A stretch of 61,800 nucleotides of DNA, filler included. It is 4 parts of 4 records of this genome, joined end to end, with 100 filler letters (N's around TTAATTAATTAA, not from the genome) between each part and the next. Parts side by side here need not be neighbours in the genome. Positions count along the whole stretch, not along the records: positions 32,675 to 54,398 come from SRR2962707_2614; 3 more parts are not named here. One strand, 5' to 3'. Shown here in pieces: positions 40,218 to 51,323 of this stretch. How positions within the stretch are numbered: position 1 is the stretch's first letter; every line of letters begins with the position of its first letter. The translations under genes and the position numbers were made by a program. The notes below the pieces were generated by a model. That model was not told the DNA's origin, ran no database searches, and worked only from the letters and a program-made list of their open reading frames with translations.

Positions 40218-41770
40218 CGCTGCGTGCTCAAGCCTCCCCGTCAATTGATGTGTCAGCTGCCTTTGCTGCGCTGGCGGATGCGCGGAAGCGCTTCGTTCCG
40301 GATTTTTCGGCTCGCGAGATTGGGCGCATTATGCGGGTTTCAACCGGCATCGCATCAGTTTCCGGCCTGTTCAGCGTCGGCGCTGAAGAGATGCTGGCGT
40401 TTCCCGGAGGGGCTTTTGGCATTGCCTTCAATGTCGACGAGACGGAAATCGGCGTTGTGCTGCTGGACGATTATGCGCACCTGCATGCCGGCGATATGGT
40501 CGAACGCACGGGGCGGGTGATGGATGTCGCCGTTGGATCGGGCCTGTTGGGCCGGGTGATCGATCCACTGGGCCGTGCTGTCGACGGTCTGGGACCGGTC
40601 ATCGCGGACAAGCGTCTGCCCATTGAACGGCCTGCTGCGGCCATTATGGACCGGGCGCCGGTGTCTGAGCCCTTGCAGTCGGGTCTGAAGGTAATCGACG
40701 CGCTCATTCCCATCGGACGTGGACAGCGCGAACTGATCCTGGGTGATCGGCAGACTGGCAAGACCGCGATCGCCATCGACACCATTCTCAACCAGGCCGG
40801 CAAGGATGTGGTCTGCGTCTATTGCGCCATTGGTCAGCGCGCCGCCGGCGTCGCCGCGGTGATCCAGGAGCTGCGTGCCCATGGCGCCATGGAGTATACA
40901 ACCGTTGTGGTTGCAGAGGGCAACTCACCACCCGGGCAAATCTACATCGCGCCCTATGCCGCAACCAGTATTGCCGAGCATTTCATGGAGCAGGGCCGGG
41001 ATGTGCTGATCGTCTATGACGACCTAACGCAACACGCGCGTGCCTACCGTGAACTGTCCTTGCTATTGCGGCGCCCGCCGGGTCGTGAGGCCTTCCCTGG
41101 TGACATCTTCTACATTCATGCCCGGCTACTGGAACGCGCGACGCACCTGCGAGAGGGCCTTGGCGGCGGCTCGCTGACGGCACTGCCCATTATCGAGACT
41201 GAAGCGCAAAATATTGCCGCGTATGTCCCAACCAACCTGATCTCCATCACTGACGGCCAGATCTACCTGTCGCCGTCTTTGTTCGAACTCGGTGTGCTGC
41301 CTGCGGTGGATGTGGGTCGGTCGGTGTCACGTGTTGGTGGCAAAGCGCAGCGTGCGGCCTTCAGGGCGGTCTCGGGTGATCTCAAGCTCGCTTATGCCCA
41401 GTTTGAGGAACTGGAGAGTTTCGCGCGCTTTGGCGCACGTCTGGACGATGATACGCGAAAGACGATCGAGCACGGCGAACGCATTCGCGCCTGTCTCAAG
41501 CAGAATGAACTCAGTCCGGAGACAGTGCCGCAACAACTGACCATTTTACTCGCTTTGACGGCCGGCTTGCTTGATGCGGTGACTGTTGCCTCCATGGTCG
41601 AGGCACAAGATGCGCTGCGGGAAGCTGCGCAAGACATGCCGGCGGATGTGGTCGCACGACTGGAAACGGCATCGCGCCTGAGCGCCGAAGACCGGGCAAT
41701 TATCGTAGAGTTGGCGCGCACAGCTTTGCACAACTGGTCCGGATCGCGCCTGGTCGGTTCGGTGCAATGA
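40214..41770 (+). CDS. atpA: N-ATPase alpha subunit
   Basis: [27 protein letters not shown]. Confidence 0.96.
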   Translation: MTLRAQASPSIDVSAAFAALADARKRFVPDFSAREIGRIMRVSTGIASVSGLFSVGAEEMLAFPGGAFGIAFNVDETEIGVVLLDDYAHLHAGDMVERTGRVMDVAVGSGLLGRVIDPLGRAVDGLGPVIADKRLPIERPAAAIMDRAPVSEPLQSGLKVIDALIPIGRGQRELILGDRQTGKTAIAIDTILNQAGKDVVCVYCAIGQRAAGVAAVIQELRAHGAMEYTTVVVAEGNSPPGQIYIAPYAATSIAEHFMEQGRDVLIVYDDLTQHARAYRELSLLLRRPPGREAFPGDIFYIHARLLERATHLREGLGGGSLTALPIIETEAQNIAAYVPTNLISITDGQIYLSPSLFELGVLPAVDVGRSVSRVGGKAQRAAFRAVSGDLKLAYAQFEELESFARFGARLDDDTRKTIEHGERIRACLKQNELSPETVPQQLTILLALTAGLLDAVTVASMVEAQDALREAAQDMPADVVARLETASRLSAEDRAIIVELARTALHNWSGSRLVGSVQ

Positions 41771-42639
41771 GCTCGACGATTGCAGGGCTGCGCAAGACGA
41801 TCGACAGTGCCCAGGACCTGCACGCCGTTGTGCGCACCATGAAGGCGCTCGCCGCGTCCAGCATCATTGAATACGAGCAGTCGGTGCATGCGCTCGATGA
41901 TTATTACCGGACAGTTCAACTGGGGCTGGGAGTTTGCATCCGCAATGGGGGCGACGCGGTGTTGCCATTGAAGCACCATCAGGGCGTTGCCGCTGTTGTG
42001 GTTTTTGGCTCGGATCAGGGATTGGTCGGTCGCTTCAATGACGTTGTCGCCCATCAGGCGATTTCGTCATTCGGTAATAGCCCGCATACGCGGTTCTGGG
42101 CTGTCGGAGAGCGGGCTTCTGAGCCGCTAAAGGATGCGGGCCTAACGGTGGATAGGCTGTTTGGGGTACCTGTGTCGGTCAGCGCAATTGGGTTGCTGGT
42201 TACAGAAATACTGGGGCACTACGAGGCAGCGTTCAGCCGTGGCGAGATCAATCAGTTGCATGTCGCCTATAACAAGGCCGGGTCGGGTGTGGCCTTTGCA
42301 CCATTGGCCGAGAAGGTGCTGCCGCTTGATGAAAACTGGCGTAAGACGGTTAGCGCCTGTCCATGGCCATCGGGTGCCTTGCCCGAAGAAATCGGCACAG
42401 GCCCCGCAACGTTAAGCGCTTTCGTGCGCGAATTTATGTTCGTTTCGCTCTTTCGGGCCTGCGCGGCTTCGCTGGCGAGCGAAAATGCCAGTCGGCTTGC
42501 GGCGATGCAGCGTGCCGACAGAAATATCGACAGCTTGCTGGGTGAGCTCACCAGCCAGTTTCATCGAATGCGGCAGGACGGCATCGATGAAGAATTGTTC
42601 GACGTCGTCGCAGGCTATGAGGCGCTGAACGAGGGTTAG
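41767..42639 (+). CDS. atpG: N-ATPase gamma subunit
   Basis: [34 protein letters not shown]. Confidence 0.94.
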   Translation: MSSTIAGLRKTIDSAQDLHAVVRTMKALAASSIIEYEQSVHALDDYYRTVQLGLGVCIRNGGDAVLPLKHHQGVAAVVVFGSDQGLVGRFNDVVAHQAISSFGNSPHTRFWAVGERASEPLKDAGLTVDRLFGVPVSVSAIGLLVTEILGHYEAAFSRGEINQLHVAYNKAGSGVAFAPLAEKVLPLDENWRKTVSACPWPSGALPEEIGTGPATLSAFVREFMFVSLFRACAASLASENASRLAAMQRADRNIDSLLGELTSQFHRMRQDGIDEELFDVVAGYEALNEG

Positions 42640-42661
42640 CCGCGCAGCGCCCGAGGGTCGA

Positions 42662-43045
42662 CTAGACGTGCATGCGATCAGCGCCATTGAAATAGGTGCG
42701 CGCGGCAGCCACGATCTGGGAATCAGTTGGATGGTCCATCGGCTGGTTGTCCCACACATTGGCCGCAATGGCCGGATGAGATTTTTCGAGAAAACGCATC
42801 AGTTCGATGCGGGCCTGTCCCGGGCCAGCGAGCAGAATGGCCCGCGCGCCCACCAGCGTATCGGCAATATCGGTCATGAAGGCAGGTTCGAGCGCGGTTT
42901 TTCCCAGTCCCAGGTGGTCTGCCTTTCGATGCACGTGATGGTTGGGGACGCCATTGCGCACGGCATCCTTTTCGACGTCCTGGGTGGTGAGATGGAAGAT
43001 TTTGGCTTCCTGGTGATCGATCCAGACGGCTGCGTGATAGGTCAT
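42662..43045 (-). CDS. Small eRF1-domain-2-like (translational machinery) protein
   Basis: HAAVWIDHQEAKIF, ILLAGPGQAR, MDHPTDSQIVAAAR.YF. Confidence 0.7.
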   Translation of the reverse strand: MTYHAAVWIDHQEAKIFHLTTQDVEKDAVRNGVPNHHVHRKADHLGLGKTALEPAFMTDIADTLVGARAILLAGPGQARIELMRFLEKSHPAIAANVWDNQPMDHPTDSQIVAAARTYFNGADRMHV

Positions 43046-43063
43046 TGGTATTCCTTGAGGTGT

Positions 43064-43900
43064 TCAGTGGGTCGTCAGGATCGGCAGTCGCGTATGCTCG
43101 AGAATGGAGCGGGTTGCGCCACCTAGAACCAGTTCGCGCACACGGCTATGGCCATAAGCGCCCATCACCAGCATGTCTGCGCCGGCTGCCAGCGCGGCAG
43201 CCTGCAATGTCTCGCCCACCGGCACGGTGCCGCGCGAGCGAGTCAGCAAGCGGGAGGCGATGCCGTGGTGACCCAGCCAATGGCTAAGAGCCATGGCGCT
43301 TTTGCCCTCGATTGCCTTGTCATCATCTACAACGACGATGCTGACATCCTTTGCGGCCTTGAGGAACGGCATGGCATCGCGAACAGCGCGCGCGGCGGCG
43401 CGACCGCCATCCCATGCGATGCAGACGCCAAATACTTCATCTGTGGCAGGCACCTCGATGTCGGGCACGATCAGGGCGGGGCCGCCATTGGCAAAGACCA
43501 GATCGATGACCATGGCTTCCTGCTGGTCACTGCCGGGCGCGGCAAGAATGGTGAGATCGTTGGTGCGGGAGGGAACGATCCAGTTGTCGATCAGGTCCTC
43601 GGGGCGACACCGAATTCGCTGAATGGAAATTGGTTTTGCCAGTTCGTCGGCCTGTTGCTTGAGCCATTGCGCCATCACACCCGCGGTTGTCTTGCTGTCG
43701 GCTTCGGCGCGTTCTGACATGGCGGTCACATTGATTGCCATATCCGCCAGAACATTGCTGACGGGCGCGATATCGACCTCGTGTACCGAAGCGCAAAAAC
43801 GTGCATCGATCCGTGCAGCGATTGCCATCCCCAAAGAGATTGCCTGCCGGGGCGTGGCATCTGGAAAGGTCGCTATTGGTAGAAAGCAATCGTAGCTCAT
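43064..43900 (-). CDS. Universal stress protein (tandem USP)
   Basis: IAWDGGRAAARA, ADMLVMGAYGHSRVRELVLGGATR. Confidence 0.92.
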   Translation of the reverse strand: MSYDCFLPIATFPDATPRQAISLGMAIAARIDARFCASVHEVDIAPVSNVLADMAINVTAMSERAEADSKTTAGVMAQWLKQQADELAKPISIQRIRCRPEDLIDNWIVPSRTNDLTILAAPGSDQQEAMVIDLVFANGGPALIVPDIEVPATDEVFGVCIAWDGGRAAARAVRDAMPFLKAAKDVSIVVVDDDKAIEGKSAMALSHWLGHHGIASRLLTRSRGTVPVGETLQAAALAAGADMLVMGAYGHSRVRELVLGGATRSILEHTRLPILTTH

Positions 43901-43931
43901 GATGGAGTCGCTCCTCGTCCTTGATGGCAAG

Positions 43932-43973
43932 AGTATGGACCGTAGCGGCGTTGCGGCTGTTGACCGGGATCAA
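43932..43973 (-). promoter_or_regulatory. FNR/FixK box (43960-43973) with -10 for the USP operon
   Basis: TTGAC-CGGG-ATCAA; minus-strand CATACT at 43937-43932 fits class II spacing. Confidence 0.8.
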
Positions 43974-44011
43974 TTTGAGCGCCGAATGCGCCACGGGGAA
44001 TTGCCCTCAAG

Positions 44012-44025
44012 TTGCGCGAGATCAA
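44012..44025 (+). promoter_or_regulatory. Degenerate FNR/FixK box upstream of the SDR operon
   Basis: TTGCG-CGAG-ATCAA (one perfect half-site). Confidence 0.5.
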
Positions 44026-44134
44026 GAACAGGGGCGTGTGGGCATGATCTGAGTTGGCATCGGAATTAGGACGAAGCTGCGTGGCTGTCATTACGCCCGC
44101 AATCGACCTTCAGGTCCCTCAAGGAGATTTTGCT

Positions 44135-44890
44135 ATGCCTTATGATTTCAAGGACAAAGTTGCTGTCGTCACCGGCGCAGCTTCGGGTATCGGTGAAGCG
44201 ATTGCGCAGCTTTTAGCGGCATCAGGCGCCAAAGTGCTGGTGGCCGACCTAAATGAGGATGGCGCCCGCAGCGTGGCTGAGTCGATCACCGCAAAGGGTG
44301 GTGTGGCCAAGGGTATTGCGGTCGATGTGAGTGATGCTGTCGAGGTGGAAGCCATGGTGGCAGCGGCGCAGCGCGAGTTTGGTGCGCTGCATCTGGCGGT
44401 CAATAATGCAGGCATCTCCGGTGCAGCGGCGACAACGGGCGAGTATCCGCTCGACAGTTGGCACAAGGTTATCGCGACCAATCTGAACAGCGTGTTTTAT
44501 GGCTTGCGATACCAGATCCCGGCCATCATTGCGTCGGGTGGCGGCTCCATCGTCAACATGGCCTCAATCCTCGGATCGGTCGCTTTCGCGACCGCGCCAG
44601 CGTATGTCGCGGCCAAGCATGGCGTCGTCGGGCTGACCAAGACTGCCGCCATCGAATATGCCAAGCACGGCATTCGCATCAACTCGATCGGCCCTGCATT
44701 TATCGACACCCCCTTGTTGAGCAATCATCTCGATGCCGCGACACTGTCCGCTATCGCCGGAATGCACCCGGTTGGTCGACTGGGCACCTCCGCCGAAGTT
44801 GCCGCATTGACTGCGTTCCTGTTGTCCGAGGACGCCTCCTTTATCACCGGCAGCTATCATCTGGTGGATGGCGGATACACCGCGCAGTAG
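44135..44890 (+). CDS. Classical short-chain dehydrogenase/reductase
   Basis: TGAASGIG, NNAG, YVAAK; AAGGAG RBS. Confidence 0.93.
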   Translation: MPYDFKDKVAVVTGAASGIGEAIAQLLAASGAKVLVADLNEDGARSVAESITAKGGVAKGIAVDVSDAVEVEAMVAAAQREFGALHLAVNNAGISGAAATTGEYPLDSWHKVIATNLNSVFYGLRYQIPAIIASGGGSIVNMASILGSVAFATAPAYVAAKHGVVGLTKTAAIEYAKHGIRINSIGPAFIDTPLLSNHLDAATLSAIAGMHPVGRLGTSAEVAALTAFLLSEDASFITGSYHLVDGGYTAQ

Positions 44891-44906
44891 CGGGAGCGAC
44901 CTGATC

Positions 44907-45284
44907 ATGACCAAAGCACCACTGTACCGCATTGAGCTCGAACTTGCCCGCGAACCGGGTCACCCGCAGGGCGATCAGGCGCATAGCTATCGCCTGTATT
45001 TTCCGCTCACACCGGAGGGACACATCGATCCCTCCGCCTATCGCGACACGCCTGACTGGTGTCGCGTGGTCCGGCGCAGGCCGGGCGAGGAAGAGGCTCG
45101 TGGGCGCATTGTTCGGGGCCCCAATAATAGCTGGGTCTTCGATTACGTCGAGGAGACCACGACCGATGATGAGGTCGGGTTCAGGCTCGCAGAGGAACGC
45201 TTCGTGTTGGGCGAGTACATATCGATCCGCGAGGATGACGGCAAAATGCACGTATTTCGTGTTATTTCCGTTCGACCGGACTGA
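44907..45284 (+). CDS. Conserved hypothetical protein (125 aa)
   Basis: IELELAR...P.G, WVFDY...DDE.GFR, GEYISIRE.DG.MH.F; in operon with SDR. Confidence 0.75.
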   Translation: MTKAPLYRIELELAREPGHPQGDQAHSYRLYFPLTPEGHIDPSAYRDTPDWCRVVRRRPGEEEARGRIVRGPNNSWVFDYVEETTTDDEVGFRLAEERFVLGEYISIREDDGKMHVFRVISVRPD

Positions 45285-45340
45285 TCGTCTGTTGCCGACA
45301 TTCAGTTGTGCCCCCACCAGAGTAGCGCCGGATTTTTCTG

Positions 45341-47476
45341 ATGACGAACACGAGCCTGAACCATGCCTTGGCGCCTCGATCTGTCGCCCTGATCGGGGCG
45401 TCTAAACGCCCCGGTTCGCTCGGTGCGCTGGTGCTGTCCAATATCGTGACTGGCGGCTTTAGCGGCGCGGTCTATCCGGTCAATCCAAAATATACCGAAC
45501 TGGGCGGCTTGCCGTGTATGGCGCAGGTCGGGGACCTGCCTGCGGTCCCCGACCTGTGTGTCATCGCAACGCCGGCGCACACGATTCCGGATTTGATTGC
45601 CGAAATCGGCGCTGCCGGCGGACGCTCCGTGGTCATCATTACAGCGGGTATCGGCAAGGAGGATGATTTGCGCGAGCGCATGTTGGCAGCAGCTGTCGAA
45701 CATGGCGTCAGGATCATTGGACCCAATACCATTGGACTGCTGGCGCCTCTAGTCGGGCTTAACGCGAGTTTCACCCATATTCCTGCCCGTCCGGGATCGC
45801 TGGCACTACTGTCGCAATCCGGCGCGATCATTTCCTCGGTCATTGACTGGGCGGAGGCCGAGGGCATCGGTTTTTCCCAGATCGTGTCGCTGGGTGACAT
45901 GGCCGATCTTGATGTCAGCGACTTTCTGAGTGTGCTGGCGGAAGACGACAATACGTCGGCGATTTTGATGTATCTGGAGTCTATTCCCGACGCGTCCAGG
46001 TTTATGGCGGCGGCGCAAGCGGCCGCACGACGCAAGCCGGTCATCGCGATAAAACCAGGGCGCCACGAGGCGGCTGCGCGTGCTGCCCAAACCCATACCG
46101 GGGCTCTGGCCGGCGCGGACAGTGTGGTGGATGCTGCGCTGCGTCGTGCGGGGGTCATACGCGTGCAGCATCTTGAGGACCTGTTCTCAGCGGTCGAAAT
46201 CTGTGCGCGCTTTGCGCCATTGGAGCGCGGTCGGGTTGGCATCGTAACCAATGGCGGCGGGGCTGGCGTACTGGCAATTGACGAGTTGATCGATCGTGGG
46301 TGCGAGATTGCCGAGCTGTCGCAAGAAACGCTATCGACCCTGGAACAGGTCCTGCCGGCCAATTGGTCGCGCGCCAACCCGGTGGATATTATCGGGGATG
46401 CCAAGGCAGAGCGCTACGTCGCGGCTCTGCGCGCAGTTGCCGCGGATCCTGGTGTCGACGTGGTCCTGGCGATGAATTGCCCGACGGCGCTCGCTGCGCC
46501 CAGCGATGCCGCGCAAGGCGTGGTATCGGTGGTTGAGCACGGCCTGATCAATGGCAAGCCGGTGTTGGCAACATGGCTCGGAGAGCACGCTGCTGCCGGT
46601 GCCCGCGACCTGCTCAACGGGGCAGGTGTGGCCACTGTGAACACACCATCAAAAGCCGCTGATGCCGTTGAAATGCTGACCCGATGGCACCGGGGCAGCC
46701 TGTTGCTGCGGCGCGTTTCGACAGATTTGGTGGGTTCGGATGATCGGGCCAGCGTGGCCGCTGTTTTGGAGGGAGCCGCGAGACAGTGCCGCAGCATGCT
46801 GACTGAACCCGAAGCCAAAACCGTTCTGGCGGCCTATGGCATTGCCGTGCCGCACACCATGACAGTGCTGCGTGTCGACGATGTTGGGGAGGCGGCGACG
46901 CAGTTGCTGGCTGGCGGTGGGCAGGTTGCCGTCAAAATGCTGTCCTCCACGCTGACCCACAAGTCTGATCTGGGCGGTGTCGTCCTCGGTCTTGCTTCTG
47001 CAAAGGAGGCCGTTGCTGCTGCGCATGGAATTGCCGACAGGCTCGCCGATCTCGGGGTTGGCGCCGAACTGGAAGGATTCAGCATTCAGGAGATGATTGT
47101 CCGGCCCCGCGCCGAGGAGCTTTTGATCGGTATTACCACAGATCCGGTATTCGGACCGGTGCTGATGTTCGGGGCAGGGGGTGTTTCGGTCGAGGTGGTG
47201 CGCGATACCACCATGGAGCTGCTACCGGTGGACCGTGCACTGGCAGCGGACATGATTGATCGCACACGCGTCAGTGCTTTGCTGGCGGGCTATCGCGACA
47301 GGCCGGCGGCGGATCGCGATGCGATTGTCCTTGTGCTGATGGCTGTGTCGCGGCTGGTCACGGATTTTCCGCAGATCACTGCGATCGATATCAATCCGGT
47401 GCTGGCCGATGCAGACGGCGCTGTCGCACTCGATGCCCGGATCGAGCTCAACCTCGACGCCGATCCACCACGCTGA
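45341..47476 (+). CDS. Acetate-CoA ligase (ADP-forming) family protein without a GNAT domain
   Basis: PRSVALIGAS, IGPN, SQSG, THTGALAG (phospho-His), NPVD, HKSDLGGV, IDINP. Confidence 0.88.
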   Translation: MTNTSLNHALAPRSVALIGASKRPGSLGALVLSNIVTGGFSGAVYPVNPKYTELGGLPCMAQVGDLPAVPDLCVIATPAHTIPDLIAEIGAAGGRSVVIITAGIGKEDDLRERMLAAAVEHGVRIIGPNTIGLLAPLVGLNASFTHIPARPGSLALLSQSGAIISSVIDWAEAEGIGFSQIVSLGDMADLDVSDFLSVLAEDDNTSAILMYLESIPDASRFMAAAQAAARRKPVIAIKPGRHEAAARAAQTHTGALAGADSVVDAALRRAGVIRVQHLEDLFSAVEICARFAPLERGRVGIVTNGGGAGVLAIDELIDRGCEIAELSQETLSTLEQVLPANWSRANPVDIIGDAKAERYVAALRAVAADPGVDVVLAMNCPTALAAPSDAAQGVVSVVEHGLINGKPVLATWLGEHAAAGARDLLNGAGVATVNTPSKAADAVEMLTRWHRGSLLLRRVSTDLVGSDDRASVAAVLEGAARQCRSMLTEPEAKTVLAAYGIAVPHTMTVLRVDDVGEAATQLLAGGGQVAVKMLSSTLTHKSDLGGVVLGLASAKEAVAAAHGIADRLADLGVGAELEGFSIQEMIVRPRAEELLIGITTDPVFGPVLMFGAGGVSVEVVRDTTMELLPVDRALAADMIDRTRVSALLAGYRDRPAADRDAIVLVLMAVSRLVTDFPQITAIDINPVLADADGAVALDARIELNLDADPPR

Positions 47477-47496
47477 TTTTCCAGTGGGCCGCTGAG

Positions 47497-47538
47497 TTGA
47501 TTTGGGTCAAGGCGTCGCGGGCACTTCTGCTGCATGGT
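47497..47538 (+). promoter_or_regulatory. FNR/FixK box (47497-47510) with -10 for ackA-xfp
   Basis: TTGAT-TTGG-GTCAA; CATGGT at 47533-47538 fits class II spacing. Confidence 0.8.
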
Positions 47539-47660
47539 TCCGGTATGGACAGATAGCGGGACGGGGCGCATGAATTTCCTTGGGTTGACCGCAGGCTACA
47601 ATTTTATCACCTCAAGCAATCGCTCTTGGGCACCACTCATCTTGCTGCCCGGGTGTGGGC

Positions 47661-48851
47661 ATGGGTGAGGCACAGCGAGACCACTTTCTGCTTGCGATCA
47701 ATGCTGGTTCGTCGAGCCTGAAGTTCGCCGTCTTTCGGCAGATAGACCTTGTCCAAACGGCCGGCGGCGCAGTCAATCGTATTGGACAGTCTGATAGCCG
47801 GCTGACAATTGATGGAGGTGACATTGGTCCCGTACCATCAGCCACCCATGCTGAAGCCGTTGAACACGCGCTGGCCTGGATAGACCGGGCCTTTGGCATT
47901 GGGTCCCTGGTGGCCATCGGGCATCGCATTGTGCATGGCGGTGCCGCCTACCGTGAACATTGTGTGGTCGATGATGCCGTCATTGCCGAGCTTGAACGCA
48001 TCGTAGACTACGCTCCCGAGCATTTGCCGTCAGAGATTGCGATTGTCAGTCTGTGTTGCGCGCGGTTCCCGAACGTGCCGCAAATTGCGTGTTTTGATAC
48101 CGTGTTCCATCGGGACATGCCGCTTGTCGCCAGACAATTATCAATACCGCGTCGGTTCGCTGAAGTCGGCGTTGAACGGTATGGTTTTCATGGGCTTTCT
48201 TGTAGCTACGTGCTTGAGGTTTTGAACAGGCTCGACCCTGATCGCGCACGAGGCCGGGTCGTTCTGGCCCATATCGGCAATGGGGTCAGCCTGACCGCAG
48301 TGCGTGCTGGCCGCAGCATTGATACAACGATGGGGTTTACGCCTGCAGCGGGCGTTCCCATGGGAACCCGTAGCGGTGACATCGACCCTGGACTGGTCCG
48401 CTATCTGACCAAGACGGAGCGGCTGGACGCTGACGCATTCGACCATCTGGTCAATCACCAATCGGGCCTGCTCGGCATGTCGGAAATCAGCGCCGATGTG
48501 CGCATCCTGCTGGACGCAGAGACGCTGGATAGCCGGGCAGCAGAGGCGCTTGGTGTCTATTGCTATCGCATTCGGCAAGCCATTGGCGCTCTCGCTGCAA
48601 GCCTCGGCGGTCTTGATGCGCTCGTCTTTACAGGCGGTGTTGGGGAGAATGCTGCTGTTATTCGCGAGCGCGTCTGTGCCGAGCTTGAGTTTCTTGGAAT
48701 CGCTCTCGATCCCACCAGCAACCAGGCCAATGCCATCACCATTTCGACCGATACTGCCCGTGTCGGCGTACACGTTTTTCCGACGGACGAGGAAGCGGTT
48801 ATCGCCGCGGCCGTTATCCGATTGCTCAAGCAGGAGACTTTCGCGTCATGA
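47661..48851 (+). CDS. ackA: Acetate/propionate kinase
   Basis: [40 protein letters not shown]. Confidence 0.95.
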   Translation: MGEAQRDHFLLAINAGSSSLKFAVFRQIDLVQTAGGAVNRIGQSDSRLTIDGGDIGPVPSATHAEAVEHALAWIDRAFGIGSLVAIGHRIVHGGAAYREHCVVDDAVIAELERIVDYAPEHLPSEIAIVSLCCARFPNVPQIACFDTVFHRDMPLVARQLSIPRRFAEVGVERYGFHGLSCSYVLEVLNRLDPDRARGRVVLAHIGNGVSLTAVRAGRSIDTTMGFTPAAGVPMGTRSGDIDPGLVRYLTKTERLDADAFDHLVNHQSGLLGMSEISADVRILLDAETLDSRAAEALGVYCYRIRQAIGALAASLGGLDALVFTGGVGENAAVIRERVCAELEFLGIALDPTSNQANAITISTDTARVGVHVFPTDEEAVIAAAVIRLLKQETFAS

Positions 48852-51208
48852 CCAACCCACTCTCAGCTGACCTGCTAGTCCGTATGGACGCCTACTGGCG
48901 CGCTGCAAACTACCTTTCGGTGGGACAGATCTATCTGCGCGACAATCCACTGCTGCGCGAGAAACTGACGCTGGATCACGTCAAGCCACGGCTGCTTGGG
49001 CACTGGGGGACGACCCCAGGACTGAATTTTATCTATGCCCATCTCAATCGCGTCATCAAGGAGCGCGACCTGGACATGATTTACGTAACCGGGCCAGGGC
49101 ACGGTGGCCCAGGGCTGGTAGCCAACACCTATCTTGAGGGCACCTATAGCGAGTTCTATCCCGAGATTGGGGAGGATGAGGCTGGCCTTGCCAAGCTGGT
49201 CCGGCAGTTTTCCTGGCCCGGTGGCATTCCCAGTCATGTGGCTGCGGAAACGCCCGGGTCGATCAATGAGGGAGGCGAGCTGGGTTATTCACTGATGCAT
49301 GCCTATGGGGCGGCGTTTGACAACCCGGAGTTGATCGTGACCTGCGTCGTGGGTGATGGGGAAGCAGAGACCGGTGCTCTTGCGACCAGTTGGCATTCCA
49401 ACAAGTTTCTCAACCCGGCGCGTGATGGCGCAGTGCTGCCAATTCTGCACCTGAACGGCTACAAGATCGCCAGTCCGACCATACTTGCCCGGATCAGCCA
49501 TGACGAACTTGATGCGTTACTGCGTGGTTACGGGTATGCGCCCCATTTTGTGGAGGGCCACGATCCCGAGCTGATGCATCAGGCCATGGCATCAGCCATG
49601 GATAAGGTGATGGACGAGATTGCGGCCATTCAGCTCGCAGCACGTAGTGGGGTGGAGGTGCAGCGACCGGCCTGGCCGATGATTGTGTTGCGCTCGCCCA
49701 AGGGCTGGACCGGACCCAAGGAAGTGGATGGTAATCCAACCGAGGACTCCTGGCGTTCCCATCAGGTTCCTCTGTCCAAGCTTGCCGAGGTTCCCGGCCA
49801 TCTCAAGGTGCTTGAGGACTGGCTACTCAGCTATCGCGCTGAAGAACTTTTTGATGATGCAGGTAAGCTCCTCCCTGAATTGGCCGCGTTGGCGCCGAGC
49901 GGCAACCGCCGCATGGGCGCCAATCCGCATGCCAATGGCGGACTGCTGCTCAAGGATCTCAAGCTACCTGATTTCCGCGATTATGCGCTTGATGTGCCAT
50001 CGCCTGGAGCTGTTGAGGGCGAGTCGACGCGCGTCGCCGGGGCGTTTTTGCGCGACGTGTTGACGCTCAACGATGGCGCGCAGAATTTTCGGGTATTCGG
50101 TCCCGATGAGACGCAGTCAAACCGGCTCGGGGCTGTGTTTGAAGTGACCGACCGGGTCTTCATGGGAGACCTGATCGAGACGGACCGACAGATTTCACCG
50201 GATGGCCGCGTAATGGAAGTGCTCAGCGAGCACCTCTGTCAGGGATGGCTGGAGGGATATCTGCTTACGGGCCGTCACGGATTTTTCTCGTGCTACGAGG
50301 CTTTCATCCACGTGGTGGATTCGATGTTCAATCAGCACGCCAAATGGCTCAACGTCTCCAAGAGCGTGCCTTGGCGTAAACCGATTGCCTCGTTGACCTA
50401 TCTGTTGACGTCGCATGTATGGCGTCAGGACCATAACGGGTTCAGCCATCAGGATCCGGGCTTCATCGATCACGTCATGAACAAGAAGGCTGGTGTGGTG
50501 CGGGTCTATATGCCGCCCGACGCCAATACGCTGCTATCGGTCGTCGATCATTGTCTGCGCAGTCGTGACTACATCAATGTGATCGTGGCGGGAAAGCAGC
50601 CCGAGCCGCAATGGCTGGACGGCCCTGCTGCTGAGGCGCATTGCGCTGCCGGACTGGGCGTCTGGGAATGGGCCTCAAATTGCGGCACTGAAGAGCCCGA
50701 TGCCGTTGTGGCATGTGCCGGGGATGTGCCGACGATGGAAGCCCTGGCGGCGGTAGCGCTATTGCGAGAGCAAGCGCCCGATATCAAGCTGCGCTTCGTC
50801 AATGTGGTTGATCTGATGGCGCTGCAGCCACCCAGCATCCATCCGCATGGCATTGATGATGCAGCGTTTGATGCCATGTTTACAACCGACAAGCCGGTGA
50901 TTTTCGTTCATCACGGCTATCCAGCCCTGATCCACCGACTGACTTATCGGCGGAGCAATCATGACAATTTCCACGTCCATGGATTTCAGGAGGAGGGGAC
51001 GACCACCACACCTTTTGACATGGCTGTGCTCAACCAGATTGACCGGTTTCATGTCGCCAAGGACGTGATTGACCGCGTGCCACGTCTGGCAGACCGACGT
51101 GAGGCATTTGCGGATCTGGTTGCCAGCAGGCTTGCGGAACACAACGACTATATTCGTGAGAACGGCGAGGACTTACCGGAAATCCGCAACTGGGTCTGGC
51201 CTGGTTAG
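48848..51208 (+). CDS. xfp: Xylulose-5-P/fructose-6-P phosphoketolase
   Basis: [37 protein letters not shown]. Confidence 0.96.
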   Translation: MTNPLSADLLVRMDAYWRAANYLSVGQIYLRDNPLLREKLTLDHVKPRLLGHWGTTPGLNFIYAHLNRVIKERDLDMIYVTGPGHGGPGLVANTYLEGTYSEFYPEIGEDEAGLAKLVRQFSWPGGIPSHVAAETPGSINEGGELGYSLMHAYGAAFDNPELIVTCVVGDGEAETGALATSWHSNKFLNPARDGAVLPILHLNGYKIASPTILARISHDELDALLRGYGYAPHFVEGHDPELMHQAMASAMDKVMDEIAAIQLAARSGVEVQRPAWPMIVLRSPKGWTGPKEVDGNPTEDSWRSHQVPLSKLAEVPGHLKVLEDWLLSYRAEELFDDAGKLLPELAALAPSGNRRMGANPHANGGLLLKDLKLPDFRDYALDVPSPGAVEGESTRVAGAFLRDVLTLNDGAQNFRVFGPDETQSNRLGAVFEVTDRVFMGDLIETDRQISPDGRVMEVLSEHLCQGWLEGYLLTGRHGFFSCYEAFIHVVDSMFNQHAKWLNVSKSVPWRKPIASLTYLLTSHVWRQDHNGFSHQDPGFIDHVMNKKAGVVRVYMPPDANTLLSVVDHCLRSRDYINVIVAGKQPEPQWLDGPAAEAHCAAGLGVWEWASNCGTEEPDAVVACAGDVPTMEALAAVALLREQAPDIKLRFVNVVDLMALQPPSIHPHGIDDAAFDAMFTTDKPVIFVHHGYPALIHRLTYRRSNHDNFHVHGFQEEGTTTTPFDMAVLNQIDRFHVAKDVIDRVPRLADRREAFADLVASRLAEHNDYIRENGEDLPEIRNWVWPG

Positions 51209-51263
51209 AGGGCAGTGACCGGATCCGGCATCGTTCATAACAACGTGATGCGGCTGATCTGAG

Positions 51264-51289
51264 GTAACCAAACGGCCATATAATGCGAA
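51264..51289 (+). promoter_or_regulatory. SigF/EcfF (ECF16)-type promoter of msrA
   Basis: GTAACC-N16-CGAA about 35 nt upstream of msrA. Confidence 0.65.
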
Positions 51290-51323
51290 CTGAAGAGCAG
51301 ATAGCTCCAACAAAGGTACGCTC

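Noticed and set aside
47586-47602. TTGACC as another FNR box; also the ATCAA half-site near 35911
   Set aside because: No matching second half-site at the 14-bp spacing
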